This document shows positions 1 to 10,110 of a DNA stretch of 64,000 bases, one piece after another. Origin of the DNA: an uncultured Desulfospira sp. (lineage in GTDB: Bacteria; Desulfobacterota; Desulfobacteria; Desulfobacterales; Desulfobacteraceae); assembly GCA_963663165.1 (NCBI GenBank), contig OY760175.1:6016001-6080000 (forward strand). Reading direction: 5' to 3'. Made by a program: the position numbers and the translations under genes. Below the pieces are notes generated by a model. That model worked only from the letters and a program-made list of their open reading frames with translations. It did no database searches and was not told where the DNA came from. The number at the start of each line of letters is the position of its first letter. Within the stretch, counting starts at the first letter, position 1.

Positions 1-78
1 TTGCCGGAATCCGGGCATGGGGCCTCTTTTGTCATAAGGATAAAAGCCGATGAAACCGATTCATATTCTGGTGGCTGA
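1..78 (+). CDS. 3' end of a probable sensor histidine kinase (partial, runs off window start)
   Basis: Frame from base 1 reads LPESGHGASFVIRIKADETDSYSGG*, resembling a HATPase_c C-terminal GxGxxF strand; overlaps the start of the response regulator. Confidence 0.6.
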   Translation: MPESGHGASFVIRIKADETDSYSGG

Positions 79-745
79 AGATGATCCCCATATCCGGATG
101 GGGCTTGTGGACACCCTGGAAAGCGAGAATTACCAGGTTACCCAGGCAGAAAATGGTTGCAAGGCCCTGGTGCTGTTTCAACAACAGGCCTTTGACCTGG
201 TGATCCTGGATATCATGATGCCGGAAAAAAGCGGGTATGATGTCTGCCGGGAAATCCGGCGGCAGGACCGGCTGACCCCTGTGATCATGCTCACGGCCAA
301 GGGAGAGGAAATCGACAAGGTGGTGGGCCTGGAACTTGGGGCCGATGACTATGTCACCAAGCCTTTTGGGATTTATGAATTACTGGCCAGGATCAGCGCG
401 GTGCTTCGCCGCTCCCGCCGGACAGACCAAACCGATCAATCCGGCAGCCCGTTCAGGTTCGGAGCGTTTGAGGTCAACCCCAAAACCTTTAAGCTTTCAG
501 GAGACGGCAACAGCCAGGACCTGTCGGAACGGGAGGTGAACCTGCTCCGGCTTTTCCATGGCCACCCCGGCGAGGTCCTCAGCCGGGACGCCATTCTCAA
601 TGCGGTATGGGGGATCGAATACCTGGGCACCACCCGGACCCTGGACCAGCATATTGCCAAACTGCGCAAAAAACTTAAGACCAGTGACGCTGCTTCGGAT
701 CTGATTGCCACAGTGCATGGGGTGGGGTACCGGTATGAAACTTGA
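50..745 (+). CDS. OmpR/PhoB-family response regulator
   Basis: REC motifs (VAEDD, LDIMMP, MLTA, GADDYVTKPF) plus winged-helix C-terminus (RTLDQHIAKLRKKL, TVHGVGYR). Confidence 0.95.
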   Translation: MKPIHILVAEDDPHIRMGLVDTLESENYQVTQAENGCKALVLFQQQAFDLVILDIMMPEKSGYDVCREIRRQDRLTPVIMLTAKGEEIDKVVGLELGADDYVTKPFGIYELLARISAVLRRSRRTDQTDQSGSPFRFGAFEVNPKTFKLSGDGNSQDLSEREVNLLRLFHGHPGEVLSRDAILNAVWGIEYLGTTRTLDQHIAKLRKKLKTSDAASDLIATVHGVGYRYET

Positions 746-759
746 GAGGAGAGGGGGCT

Positions 760-1959
760 ATGAGTGACTACAGGCAGATCATCCCGACCAAAGAGCTTGA
801 AAACCGAATCAAGGCCTTTCAGCAGAAAATGGCGGACCAGGGACTGGACGGGGCCTTGATCCTTCAGAAATCGGATCTTTTCTACTTCTCGGGCACCACC
901 CAGGCCGGGTGCCTTTATATCCCGGCGGACCATACGCCCCTGTTCATGGTGTTTAAAAATTTTGACCGGGCCGTGGCCGAATCCGGGCTTGACCGGATGG
1001 TTCCCCTGAAAGGGCCTAAACGGATTCCGGACCTCATCCGGGGCAGCAATTATAATCTTCCCCAACGGCTTGGCATGGAGCTGGACATCCTTCCGGCAGA
1101 CCAGTACCTGATGTACCTGAAAATCTTTAAAACCTCGGAACTCGAGGATGTGTCGGCCCTGATCCGGCTTCAGCGGGCCGTAAAATCCGAATTTGAGATC
1201 GACTGTATCAAAAAGGCCTCGGCCCTGGCCGATGAGGTATCCCGGAAAGCCGGTGAGTTCATCCGGGAAGGCATGCCGGAAATTGAACTGGCCGCCCTGG
1301 TGGAGGCCCATGCCCGGAAACTGGGCCACCAGGGCCTGGTTCCCATGCGGATCTGGAATACGGATATTTTTTACGGCCATATCATGAGCGGCCCGTCGGC
1401 GGCCGTGCCCGGCTGTCTGGCGTCCCCGACCTGCGGCCCCGGCCTTAACCCGTTTATCGGACAGGGCCCGGGATTCAGCCCCATCAAAGCCGGGGAACCG
1501 ATCCTGGTGGATTATGTGTTTGCCCTTAACGGGTACTTAAGCGACCAGGCCCGGATTTTTTCCATAGGCCCCTTGCCCGAAGACCTGGTAAAGGCCCATG
1601 AAGACATGCTCGCCCTGCAGGGGGCGGCCATGAAGAAAGCCATTCCCGGATTGGCTGCCGGGGATTTGTATGAGTTCATGGTTCAGATGGCGGGTGACAT
1701 GGGGTATGCCGATTATTTCATGGGCGGGGCAGAACCCCGGATCCGGTTTACCGGGCATGGGCTGGGCATAGAACTGGATGAGTTCCCGTTTATCGCCAAA
1801 GGCCAGACCCTTGCCCTGGAACCCGGCATGATCGTGGCCCTTGAACCTAAGGTGGTGATTCCCGGAAAAGGGGTGGTGGGCATTGAGAACACCTTTCTGG
1901 TGACCAAAACCGGGCTTCAATCCTTAACCCGGCTTTCAGATGACCTTAAGGTGATTTAA
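760..1959 (+). CDS. Xaa-Pro peptidase, M24 family
   Basis: Creatinase-type N domain; metal-ligand motifs (ILVD..GYLSDQAR, GHGLGIELDE, ALEP, GIEN); ATG at 760 follows a purine-rich RBS. Confidence 0.9.
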   Translation: MSDYRQIIPTKELENRIKAFQQKMADQGLDGALILQKSDLFYFSGTTQAGCLYIPADHTPLFMVFKNFDRAVAESGLDRMVPLKGPKRIPDLIRGSNYNLPQRLGMELDILPADQYLMYLKIFKTSELEDVSALIRLQRAVKSEFEIDCIKKASALADEVSRKAGEFIREGMPEIELAALVEAHARKLGHQGLVPMRIWNTDIFYGHIMSGPSAAVPGCLASPTCGPGLNPFIGQGPGFSPIKAGEPILVDYVFALNGYLSDQARIFSIGPLPEDLVKAHEDMLALQGAAMKKAIPGLAAGDLYEFMVQMAGDMGYADYFMGGAEPRIRFTGHGLGIELDEFPFIAKGQTLALEPGMIVALEPKVVIPGKGVVGIENTFLVTKTGLQSLTRLSDDLKVI

Positions 1960-1972
1960 AAGGGACAGCACC

Positions 1973-2830
1973 ATGAATTTTAAAAGCAAAAAGGCCGGCC
2001 GGCCCATCAGTGAGGATGCCTTTGCCCGGGCCGCTGAGGATCTTGATTGCGATATCGCCGCGATCAAGGCCGTGGCCGGGGTGGAATCTTCGGGAGACGG
2101 TTTTCTGGCAGACGGCCGTCCCAAAATTCTTTTTGAACGGCACAAATTTCAAAAGTTCACCCGGGGCCGGTACAATGACAGTGATCCGGATATCAGCGGG
2201 CCGCCGGGAAATTATCAGGGCGGGGCCAAAGAATATATAAAACTTGAAAAGGCCATGGCACTGGACCGTGAAGCCGCGCTCATGTCGGCTTCCTGGGGAA
2301 AATTTCAGATTATGGGGTTTAACCACAAGGTCTGCGGCTTTACCGAAGTTGCGGGGTTTGTCAGGGCCATGGTGGAATCCGAAGACCGGCACCTTGAGGC
2401 CTTTGTCTGCTTTGTGAAAGGCAGCCGGATGGACCGGTATCTCAGGGACCGGGACTGGGCCGGTTTCGCCAAAGGGTACAACGGCCCCGGATTCCGGAAA
2501 CACAATTACCACCTTAAAATGGCAAAAGCGTATGACCGGTATGCTCAAGAGCCGTTGCCGGCCGTACCGCCAACAGAACCCGCCCCTGAGATGCCGCCGG
2601 AGTTTAAAATTGAATCTGTCCGGGACCTTCAAATGGCACTGGCGGCCCTCGGGATGTCGCCCGGGCCTGTTGACAACCGGATGGGCCCCAAAACAAAATC
2701 GGCCATCCGGGCCTTCCAGCGCTTTGCACACCTGCCCGAGACCGGAGAATTTGACCTTTGTCTTAAATCAGCTGTCCAGGCGGCTTATTATATGCTCAAA
2801 CGGTTTAATCCTCGGGAAAACGCCATGTGA
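1973..2830 (+). CDS. N-acetylmuramidase (DUF3380/Muraidase family) with C-terminal peptidoglycan-binding domain
   Basis: AVAGVES, ILFERHKF, SASWGKFQIMGFNH and FAKGYNG motifs; Pro-rich linker; LQ.AL.ALG..GPVDNRMGPKTKSAIRAFQ PG_binding_1-like motif. Confidence 0.85.
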   Translation: MNFKSKKAGRPISEDAFARAAEDLDCDIAAIKAVAGVESSGDGFLADGRPKILFERHKFQKFTRGRYNDSDPDISGPPGNYQGGAKEYIKLEKAMALDREAALMSASWGKFQIMGFNHKVCGFTEVAGFVRAMVESEDRHLEAFVCFVKGSRMDRYLRDRDWAGFAKGYNGPGFRKHNYHLKMAKAYDRYAQEPLPAVPPTEPAPEMPPEFKIESVRDLQMALAALGMSPGPVDNRMGPKTKSAIRAFQRFAHLPETGEFDLCLKSAVQAAYYMLKRFNPRENAM

Positions 2831-2932
2831 TCTGCTTGCCGGGGACTTCAATTATGCCTGAAGCGTTCATGAAAAAGCCGGTTCTAAAAGGGTGAATGGG
2901 TTTATGTCCTGTTGCGCCGGGGGAGGGAATAA

Positions 2933-4234
2933 TTATTTTGTGAGGTGGGCTGCATACAGCTGAACCGGGTGGACAACCCTTATATCGTCCCGGCTTTGGC
3001 CCAGCATATCCCTGATTTGCAGGATACAGGCAGGACAGCCTGAAGCAACGGTCCGGCACCCGGTATCCAGAATGTTCTGTGCCTTGACAGAGCCGATTTC
3101 AGAGGAAATTTCATGATAGAAAAGGCTGAAGCTGCCGCCCATGCCGCAGCATTTGTCCGGATCTGCCATCTCTTTTAACGGGTGGCCTGAGGCCCTGATC
3201 AGGGCCCTTGGCTGGGCGGCGACCCCTAAGGATTTTTTCAGGTGGCAGGGGTCGTGAACGGTCACGGCCGGCTGTTCTTCACCGGGATGAGCCGGTGCCG
3301 AAACCTTAAGCACATCAATGAAAAACTGGTTTATATCCAGTGTTTTATCGGCAAGATCGCTTACATATTCTCGTTCACCGGAGCAGCCGTCAAACATGGC
3401 CGGCCATAATTTTTTGATGGTGACCGTACAGGTGGCGCAGGCCGTCACCAGATAATCAAACCGGTGCTGCTGGAAAAGCCGGATATGGTGCCCTACCAGC
3501 TGGTTAAAGGATTTCGGGTCTCCTGCAGAAAGGGCCGGGATACCGCAGCAGCCCTGGGGCTCAGGAATTATCAGATTGACCTTATGGTGGGACATGGCTT
3601 TGACCACGGCATGGCCGATGTCCGGCATGAGCTTGTCAATGAGGCAGCCGGTGAAAAAAAGGACCCGTGGCCCGGCACGGCTGTTTTCATTACAGGCGGC
3701 AGCGTTATCACAACCGTGGAAAGGGATTTTGGCCAGAAACGGAACATGGCGGCCGGAAAGCAGGGAAGACCTGAACCGGGCACAGGAGGTTTCCGGGGCA
3801 AAGCCGTCCTGTTTTACCACCAGCCCTTGAACCTTTTCCGCCAGGCCAGCCACTTTGTTGAACCGTTCCGGATTGGAAAGCACCTGTCTTAACGCCAGTT
3901 TTTTAGGGCCTGAAAGCCCGGAATATTCAGCAAGGATGGTCCGGGCACGGATAAAAATATCCGTCACTTCTACGCCGGAAGGGCATCGGGCCGCGCAGGA
4001 ACCGCACAACAGGCATTTGTTGAGCCGGTCCGCCACCCCTTTGGGATCATCGAACATTTTTGCCATTAATCCCGACAACAGGGCTAATTTCCCCCGGGCC
4101 ACATCGGCTTCCCGTCCGGTCTGCTCGAACAGGGGGCAGACCGACTGGCACATGCCGCACCGCATGCACCGGGAAAGCTTTCCTTCCAGTTTTTTGACCC
4201 GGGCGGCCAGGGCGCTGATGTCATTTCTGGGCAT
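2933..4234 (-). CDS. GlcF/HdrD-like Fe-S oxidoreductase subunit (2x4Fe-4S plus two CCG domains)
   Basis: CMRCGMCQSVCP, CLLCGSCAARCP, QGCCG, KCCGMGG, SGCPAC. Confidence 0.9.
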   Translation of the reverse strand: MPRNDISALAARVKKLEGKLSRCMRCGMCQSVCPLFEQTGREADVARGKLALLSGLMAKMFDDPKGVADRLNKCLLCGSCAARCPSGVEVTDIFIRARTILAEYSGLSGPKKLALRQVLSNPERFNKVAGLAEKVQGLVVKQDGFAPETSCARFRSSLLSGRHVPFLAKIPFHGCDNAAACNENSRAGPRVLFFTGCLIDKLMPDIGHAVVKAMSHHKVNLIIPEPQGCCGIPALSAGDPKSFNQLVGHHIRLFQQHRFDYLVTACATCTVTIKKLWPAMFDGCSGEREYVSDLADKTLDINQFFIDVLKVSAPAHPGEEQPAVTVHDPCHLKKSLGVAAQPRALIRASGHPLKEMADPDKCCGMGGSFSLFYHEISSEIGSVKAQNILDTGCRTVASGCPACILQIRDMLGQSRDDIRVVHPVQLYAAHLTK

Positions 4235-5402
4235 TTAACTGCTCGGCACCGGCCGCGGCACTGGCTTCAAACTGCTGGATCAGGGTATTGAGATTGGCCT
4301 TGAGCTTGTCTTCATACTCAGCCTGGCCTGCCTTGCCGATGTCGATCTGCCGCATTCTTTCTTTTTTTTCTTTTAAAATGTCCACGGCTGAAAGGGGCGG
4401 GACGCCCCTGAGGACTTTATCGTAGAATTCCGGGACAAATAATTCGTTTTCCCCATAGGTCCGGTCATAGATGCTTTCGTATTCCACACCAAAATAGGTG
4501 TTGCCGGCAGACAGGATGAACTTTATGGTTTGATCCAGGGTCTTTTCAATGGGCTGGTATTTGACCTTGAGGACCTTGTTTCTGAAAAACTTTATTTTAT
4601 TGGTCAGCCGGGTCTCCTGATGAAATTTATGGAGATTTTCCAGTTTCTTTAAGTCTTCGAGCAGGTCCTTGCATTCGAACAGATCCGCATCCCATATCCC
4701 GGCCTTCAGGCGGTTCAGCCGGTTGACGATTTTGACCAGATAGTTTTTTTTATACCCGATCAGGTATTGGTTGAATTTGGCCCGGACCGTATATTTGTTT
4801 TTCAGTTTGACACCAACCTTGCGAAGGTTTTCAAAGGCTTCCCCGATCTCATCTAACCGGTTGGTGTCAATGATGGCTTCAGCCTTTTCCATCAGGTGAA
4901 TAAATCCCTTGATTTCGTTGTCTTCAAACATATTGATGATATCGGCCTTTTCCCTGAGCCGGCCGATAATGGTTTTGAGCTTTACGTTTAAAATTCCCGA
5001 TGTCCGAAGATGCCGGTCTTCCCGGATCTGGTCGGCGGCGGTTAAAAGGGCCTCGCACTGTTGTGTGATATAGGCCTTATCCCCGCTTTTGAGGGCATCT
5101 TTGGCGCTTTTTACAAAAAGGTCATTCAAGAACCCTGCCGTTTCGTGAATATGGGGCACCTGTTTTAAGGGGAGATTGGATTTGATAATCTGCTGTTCAA
5201 GGTCGGACAGAAGGGATAAAATCCTTATGCAGGCGGTAATCTGATCGCCCTTGATGGGCCCGAGGGAGACCAGCTTTCCCATGGTTTCTGAAATCATCTG
5301 AAAGGTTTTCAGGTTGTGGCCGGAATCCCCTTTTTTAACAGAAGTCTTTGCAGAAGATGTCAGTTTGGCTATTGCCCGGGTTATGGTATCAGATTTGTCC
5401 AA
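4221..5402 (-). CDS. hypothetical protein, Lys/Glu-rich and predicted helical
   Basis: 393-aa ORF overlapping the downstream Fe-S gene by 14 nt; no motif recognised; TTG start uncertain. Confidence 0.75.
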   Translation of the reverse strand: MDKSDTITRAIAKLTSSAKTSVKKGDSGHNLKTFQMISETMGKLVSLGPIKGDQITACIRILSLLSDLEQQIIKSNLPLKQVPHIHETAGFLNDLFVKSAKDALKSGDKAYITQQCEALLTAADQIREDRHLRTSGILNVKLKTIIGRLREKADIINMFEDNEIKGFIHLMEKAEAIIDTNRLDEIGEAFENLRKVGVKLKNKYTVRAKFNQYLIGYKKNYLVKIVNRLNRLKAGIWDADLFECKDLLEDLKKLENLHKFHQETRLTNKIKFFRNKVLKVKYQPIEKTLDQTIKFILSAGNTYFGVEYESIYDRTYGENELFVPEFYDKVLRGVPPLSAVDILKEKKERMRQIDIGKAGQAEYEDKLKANLNTLIQQFEASAAAGAEQLNAQK

Positions 5403-5790
5403 AGCCGCGCTTCCTGGTATCTGGTTTTCATCAATTAATCACAGCAAAACAACAAATTATATAACTAAAAATACCCATTATCAACCAGTATAAATTTACC
5501 CGGCAGGGAAACCGTTTTTATTATTAGAACTTTTCCGGGGTCGGGATCGGCATCGGCATCGAAAAAAGGGGTTATTTCGATCCCGGCCCGATAGTAAAAG
5601 TGAGGCTAAGCGGCAGATAAAGCCGATACTTTGTGTGTTTTTCTCCTCAATTCCATTTGGATTAATTTAAACTTGAGGTAATATTAATCTTGAGTTAACT
5701 TTAAGGCCAAGCCGCCGTCGGGCTGGATCTGAGCTGGAAATGACGGGATTCTTATTTTCTAAATCGCTAATTGTGAAAGGGGATTTTTCA

Positions 5791-7977
5791 ATGGGAACGA
5801 AACAGGTGTTATCGTACGGACTGGTGATGCTGTTGATCGGTCTGCTCTTTGCCTGCAATGGGGGAGGGGGGGATTCATCCGGTGCCGGGTCTTCCGGGAC
5901 CACGGTTAGCGGGGTTGCCTCCAAAGGGCTGATTTCCGGGGGAACTGTAGAAGTTTACGCCATTACAGACGATGGTCAAAAGGGAAGCTTGCTGGCCACC
6001 ACCACCACGGACAGCGATGGAAATTACACCATAGAGGCCGAGATCGACGGCCCTATTCTGATCGAGGTGTCTGGCGGAACCTACACCGATGAGGCGACCG
6101 GGCAGGAAATACAGCTTTCCGGGACCCTGCGCGCGGTGGTCCCGTCGTCATCTGAAGAAAAGACCGTTGCGGTCACCCCGCTGACGGAACTGGCCACCCG
6201 CATTGCCGAAACCACCGGCAAAATGGATGACACCAGTATTGAAAGCGCCAATAATTATATTTCGCAACTCATCGGCGTTGATATTATCGAAACATTGCCA
6301 ACAAACTGCAATGACGCCGACGAGTTTGGGGCTGCGGATGCTTCAGCACAGAATTATGCCCTGTTTTTGGCGGCCCTGTCCCAGATGGCTGAATCAGGCA
6401 ACCAGGACATATCCGATATCATAGATGAATTTGAAGATGATTTGTCCGATGCCTCACTGGACAGTGTGGCAGATGACCTGCTTGCCGCTCTGGACGATTT
6501 TATTGACAGCGACCAGAATCAGACCGGTGTAGATGATGCATCTGACCTGGCAGCGATCGTTGAAGATGTGGTTGATAACGGTTTTGAAGTGGCCTATGCC
6601 ATCAGTTCAGCGTGGCTGCAATACCGGACATATGGGAACGCCGATAATAATGCGTACCGGTTCTGTTTCGCTGTGACCAAAAACGGTCTGCCCATTGAGG
6701 CCGAGGAAATTGACACCCTCACCATCACCGATGAAGACGGGAATCAACTGGACATTCTGAGCAGCGGCTTTTACTCGGGAGCCTACTATAATTATGACCG
6801 TACCGGCACATCCGATACCTTATCCGTCGCGGTTAAGGACAGCATCGTATCTGGGCGGTTGGAGACCATCCCTGCCGGAACCTGTCAGGTTGAGATTGTC
6901 ATGGCCAATGGCGACACCTTGACCAAGTCAATCCCCTATAGCGGCCAGCTGGTCCTGCCGGCCATAGACAGCGCCACCATGCAGTCTGAATGGTCTGATG
7001 ATGATCTGGTCCTCACCTGGACCAATCCCACCGAAGAGGACAACTGGTCAAGGGTCGACATTCTCAGGGTGGTCCTGCTGGATGCAGATGAAAAAGAGCT
7101 GCTCAACATAAACCTTGATGCAACGGCACAGACCGTTACCATCCCGGCTTCGGTTATAGAGACCATTTCATCACTGAGAAGTACCGGCGTCACGTCCTGG
7201 CTGATTCAGGCAAAGGCCTACGACGAAAATGAAATGAATTATGCGCGCAGTGTGTCCAACCCTGTTCCGACGTTCTATTCCATTGGTTACACATTCTTGC
7301 AGTACCGGACATTCGAAGATGGCGGGTCGTCCTATCCGTACCGCCTCTGGATGCAGGTCTATACCAATGGGGAAAGTGCCGAAGATGGTGATTTTTACAA
7401 TTTAACCATCTATGACTCCGATGGGAATGACGTCACACCGGCCAGTCCCCCCGGATTTGAGGTGGATGACCTGGACTATCCGGTATGCGATTGCCTGTCC
7501 GGGACCTGCTCATGGAGCGCCTCAGGTGCGGATAATGGTTTTTTTGCAAAATTTTCAGACCTTCCTGCAGACGATTACACACTCACGGTTGACTGCGCTG
7601 ACGGCACCTTGGCAACCAGAATCGATTTCCCGGGAGCGGTTGCCCTTCCGGTGATCGCCAGCAGTTCCGTTACGGTTCATGATACAGCGGATGACGAGGA
7701 CGGGAAGGTCACCTGGACCAATCCCACAGATGAAGACAATTGGTCAGAAGTTGATGAAATCCGTTTGTTTTTCTCGGATTCTGACGGGAATACGGTTTTG
7801 ATGGTAAAGGTCAGCCCTGATGCGGAATCGGTTACCATTCCCATTGATGCCATTAACGAAGCTGAGGCCTTGACTTCCGGGGATATTACCACGCTGCAGA
7901 TACAGACCCGGGCATATGATGAAAACAATATGCAATATGCCCGAGGGGTTTCCAGCGATGTTACGTTTGATGATTAA
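5791..7977 (+). CDS. acidic surface lipoprotein with two tandem ~230-aa repeats
   Basis: ATG 5791 after AAAGGGG; lipobox LLFAC followed by a Gly/Ser linker; repeats begin at 6595 and 7276 (LQYRT...TWTNPTxEDNWS...AYDENxMxYARxVS). Confidence 0.85.
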   Translation: MGTKQVLSYGLVMLLIGLLFACNGGGGDSSGAGSSGTTVSGVASKGLISGGTVEVYAITDDGQKGSLLATTTTDSDGNYTIEAEIDGPILIEVSGGTYTDEATGQEIQLSGTLRAVVPSSSEEKTVAVTPLTELATRIAETTGKMDDTSIESANNYISQLIGVDIIETLPTNCNDADEFGAADASAQNYALFLAALSQMAESGNQDISDIIDEFEDDLSDASLDSVADDLLAALDDFIDSDQNQTGVDDASDLAAIVEDVVDNGFEVAYAISSAWLQYRTYGNADNNAYRFCFAVTKNGLPIEAEEIDTLTITDEDGNQLDILSSGFYSGAYYNYDRTGTSDTLSVAVKDSIVSGRLETIPAGTCQVEIVMANGDTLTKSIPYSGQLVLPAIDSATMQSEWSDDDLVLTWTNPTEEDNWSRVDILRVVLLDADEKELLNINLDATAQTVTIPASVIETISSLRSTGVTSWLIQAKAYDENEMNYARSVSNPVPTFYSIGYTFLQYRTFEDGGSSYPYRLWMQVYTNGESAEDGDFYNLTIYDSDGNDVTPASPPGFEVDDLDYPVCDCLSGTCSWSASGADNGFFAKFSDLPADDYTLTVDCADGTLATRIDFPGAVALPVIASSSVTVHDTADDEDGKVTWTNPTDEDNWSEVDEIRLFFSDSDGNTVLMVKVSPDAESVTIPIDAINEAEALTSGDITTLQIQTRAYDENNMQYARGVSSDVTFDD

Positions 7978-8022
7978 CCGGTATTGTTGAGGCTATGGGG
8001 GCGACTTGCCCCTAAGGATTAA

Positions 8023-8062
8023 AGGTTACACCCAATGGATTTAAGGCCATTGGGTGTAACCT
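8023..8062. terminator. stem-loop between convergent genes
   Basis: AGGTTACACCCAATGG / CCATTGGGTGTAACCT perfect 16-bp inverted repeat. Confidence 0.65.
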
Positions 8063-8205
8063 GATCTTTGAAAGAGAAGGGTGCTGTCACAGCCGAATGT
8101 TATTCTCCGGGTTGCGGCAGGGCCGATGGCAGCGGATATACAGGGCAGCAACCCCCCACACCGTTATGCCGCTGTGCCGTTCTTTCTATAGCGGTGAACG
8201 GCAGA

Positions 8206-8730
8206 TTAATAATTCTGGTCGGCATATTCCACCCAGCCGCCGGCCTGGACCAGGGCTTTGTCAAATTCGGAAATGCCAAAGGCAAGGGAAAATTCTTTGT
8301 CTGATGTTTTGACCGTTATGGTTGAGGTTTTAAGATCAACCTCAAGCTCAGCCTTGCCGTTGCCGCAGGCATCAAAAAGGGTCTGGATGTCTTTGCCGTC
8401 AAGCTCAATGGCCAGCATGCCGCAATTGAACATGTTCTGCCGGAAAATCCGGGCAAAGTTCTGGGCGATCACCACGTTAATGTCGTTGGCTTCCAGGGCC
8501 CAGGGGGCATGTTCCCTTGAAGACCCGCAGCCAAAGTTTTTCCGGGTCAAAATGATGGATGCGTTCTTAATATCGGTTTGCTGGTCAAATCCCTCAAGCT
8601 CAAGGTCTTCCAGCAGGTGGGGCCCCATGGCCTGTTTTTCCACTGCGGTCAGGTATTTGGCCGGGATGATTTCGTCGGTATTGATATCGGACCGGTCCAG
8701 GCACAGAACGTTTCCGCTAAATTTTTTCAT
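8206..8730 (-). CDS. leuD: 3-isopropylmalate dehydratase small subunit
   Basis: DINTDEIIPA and NFGCGSSREHAPWAL motifs. Confidence 0.9.
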   Translation of the reverse strand: MKKFSGNVLCLDRSDINTDEIIPAKYLTAVEKQAMGPHLLEDLELEGFDQQTDIKNASIILTRKNFGCGSSREHAPWALEANDINVVIAQNFARIFRQNMFNCGMLAIELDGKDIQTLFDACGNGKAELEVDLKTSTITVKTSDKEFSLAFGISEFDKALVQAGGWVEYADQNY

Positions 8731-8778
8731 AAATAATCTCCTATCCTTTGCTAGCAGCTAAAGGCTGACAGCTAATCG

Positions 8779-10065
8779 CTAAGCCCCAAACAGCTCTGAA
8801 TTCGTAATCTCCCCATGGATGGCCGTGGCGGCTGCCGTGGCCGGGCTCATGAGATGGACCATGCCGCCCTTGCCCATGCGGCCGTTAAAGTTCCGGTTGG
8901 TGGTGGCGGCGGCGACTTCCCCCGGGGCCAGGACCCCGTTGCTCATGCCAAGGCACGCCCCGCAGGTGGGATTGGTCACACAGACCCCGGCATCCATGAA
9001 AATTTTAATTAGGCCTTCTTCCAGGGCGTTGGCATAAATATCCGGGGTGGCCGGAGAAACAATGGCCCTGACATTTTCATGAACCCTCTTTCCCTCTAAG
9101 ACCCGGGCGGCAATCCGCAAATCCTCAATGCGGCCGTTGGTGCAGGAGCCGATATAGACCTGGTCAACCCTGGTGCCCTTCATTTGCGCCACGGGTTTAA
9201 CATTGTCGGGTTTGTAGCCGAAGGTGGTCAGGGGGGGCAGGTGGGTAACGTCAATGTCAATGGATTGGGCATAGGGGGCATCCGGATCGGAACAGAAGGT
9301 TGAGTATGCTTCCAGGGCAGCTTCAGGGGTTTTGAATTCATCCTTGATAAAAGGCCACAGGTAATTCACCGTGGTCATGTCCGGCAGACAGATCCCTGAG
9401 GTGGCACCGGCTTCCACGGCCATGTTGGCCAGGGTCATCCGCTGTTCCATGGACAGGTTGTCTACCACCGGGCCGGTAAATTCCATGACCATGTTGGTGG
9501 CCCCGTTCACGGAAATCTGCCGGATCACCTCCAGGATAACGTCTTTGGCATAGACCCCGTCGGCCAGGGTGCCGGTAATGTTGACCTTGAAGGTATCCGG
9601 CTGTTTAAACGCGCAGACCCCTTTTAAGATGCCCACCTCAAGGTCCGTGGTGCCCACGCCGGCGGCAAAGGCGCCAAATGCCCCGTGGGTGCAGGTGTGG
9701 GAATCGCCCATGATAACGGTGAACCCGGGCCGTACAAACCCTTTTTCCGGGAAAATGGCGTGGCAGACCCCGTTTCTGCCAATATCAAAAAAGTCCTTTA
9801 TGGCGTGCCGCCGGGCCCATTCCCTTAAAATCTGCCCCTGCATGGCGGTCTTGGTATCCTTGGCCGGGGTGACATGGTCGATGACCACCTTGATTTTATC
9901 TGGGTCAAACACCCGGTCCTTGTTCCGGGCCGTAAGATCCTGAATGGCCGTGGGCGTGGTGATCTCATGGCAGAATACCCGGTCCAGGCTCAGTACACTC
10001 ACATCCCCAAAGGGCTGGTCCACCAGATGGGTTTCAAAAATTTTTTGCGCAATGGTTTTTCCCAT
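8779..10065 (-). CDS. leuC: 3-isopropylmalate dehydratase large subunit (short, homoaconitase-like type)
   Basis: HEIT, IDH, GDSHTCTHGA, GSCTNGR, CGACLG, TNRNFNGRMG. Confidence 0.92.
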   Translation of the reverse strand: MGKTIAQKIFETHLVDQPFGDVSVLSLDRVFCHEITTPTAIQDLTARNKDRVFDPDKIKVVIDHVTPAKDTKTAMQGQILREWARRHAIKDFFDIGRNGVCHAIFPEKGFVRPGFTVIMGDSHTCTHGAFGAFAAGVGTTDLEVGILKGVCAFKQPDTFKVNITGTLADGVYAKDVILEVIRQISVNGATNMVMEFTGPVVDNLSMEQRMTLANMAVEAGATSGICLPDMTTVNYLWPFIKDEFKTPEAALEAYSTFCSDPDAPYAQSIDIDVTHLPPLTTFGYKPDNVKPVAQMKGTRVDQVYIGSCTNGRIEDLRIAARVLEGKRVHENVRAIVSPATPDIYANALEEGLIKIFMDAGVCVTNPTCGACLGMSNGVLAPGEVAAATTNRNFNGRMGKGGMVHLMSPATAAATAIHGEITNSELFGA

Positions 10066-10110
10066 AAATTTAAATTCCTTTCTTTGTTGTGCTGGCCCGG
10101 TTCAACCACT

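Noticed and set aside
1973..2830. Prophage around the muramidase
   Set aside because: No integrase, structural, holin or replication genes nearby.
5595..5630. Sigma28-like GCCGATA motif upstream of the lipoprotein
   Set aside because: No TAAA -35 element at the correct spacing.
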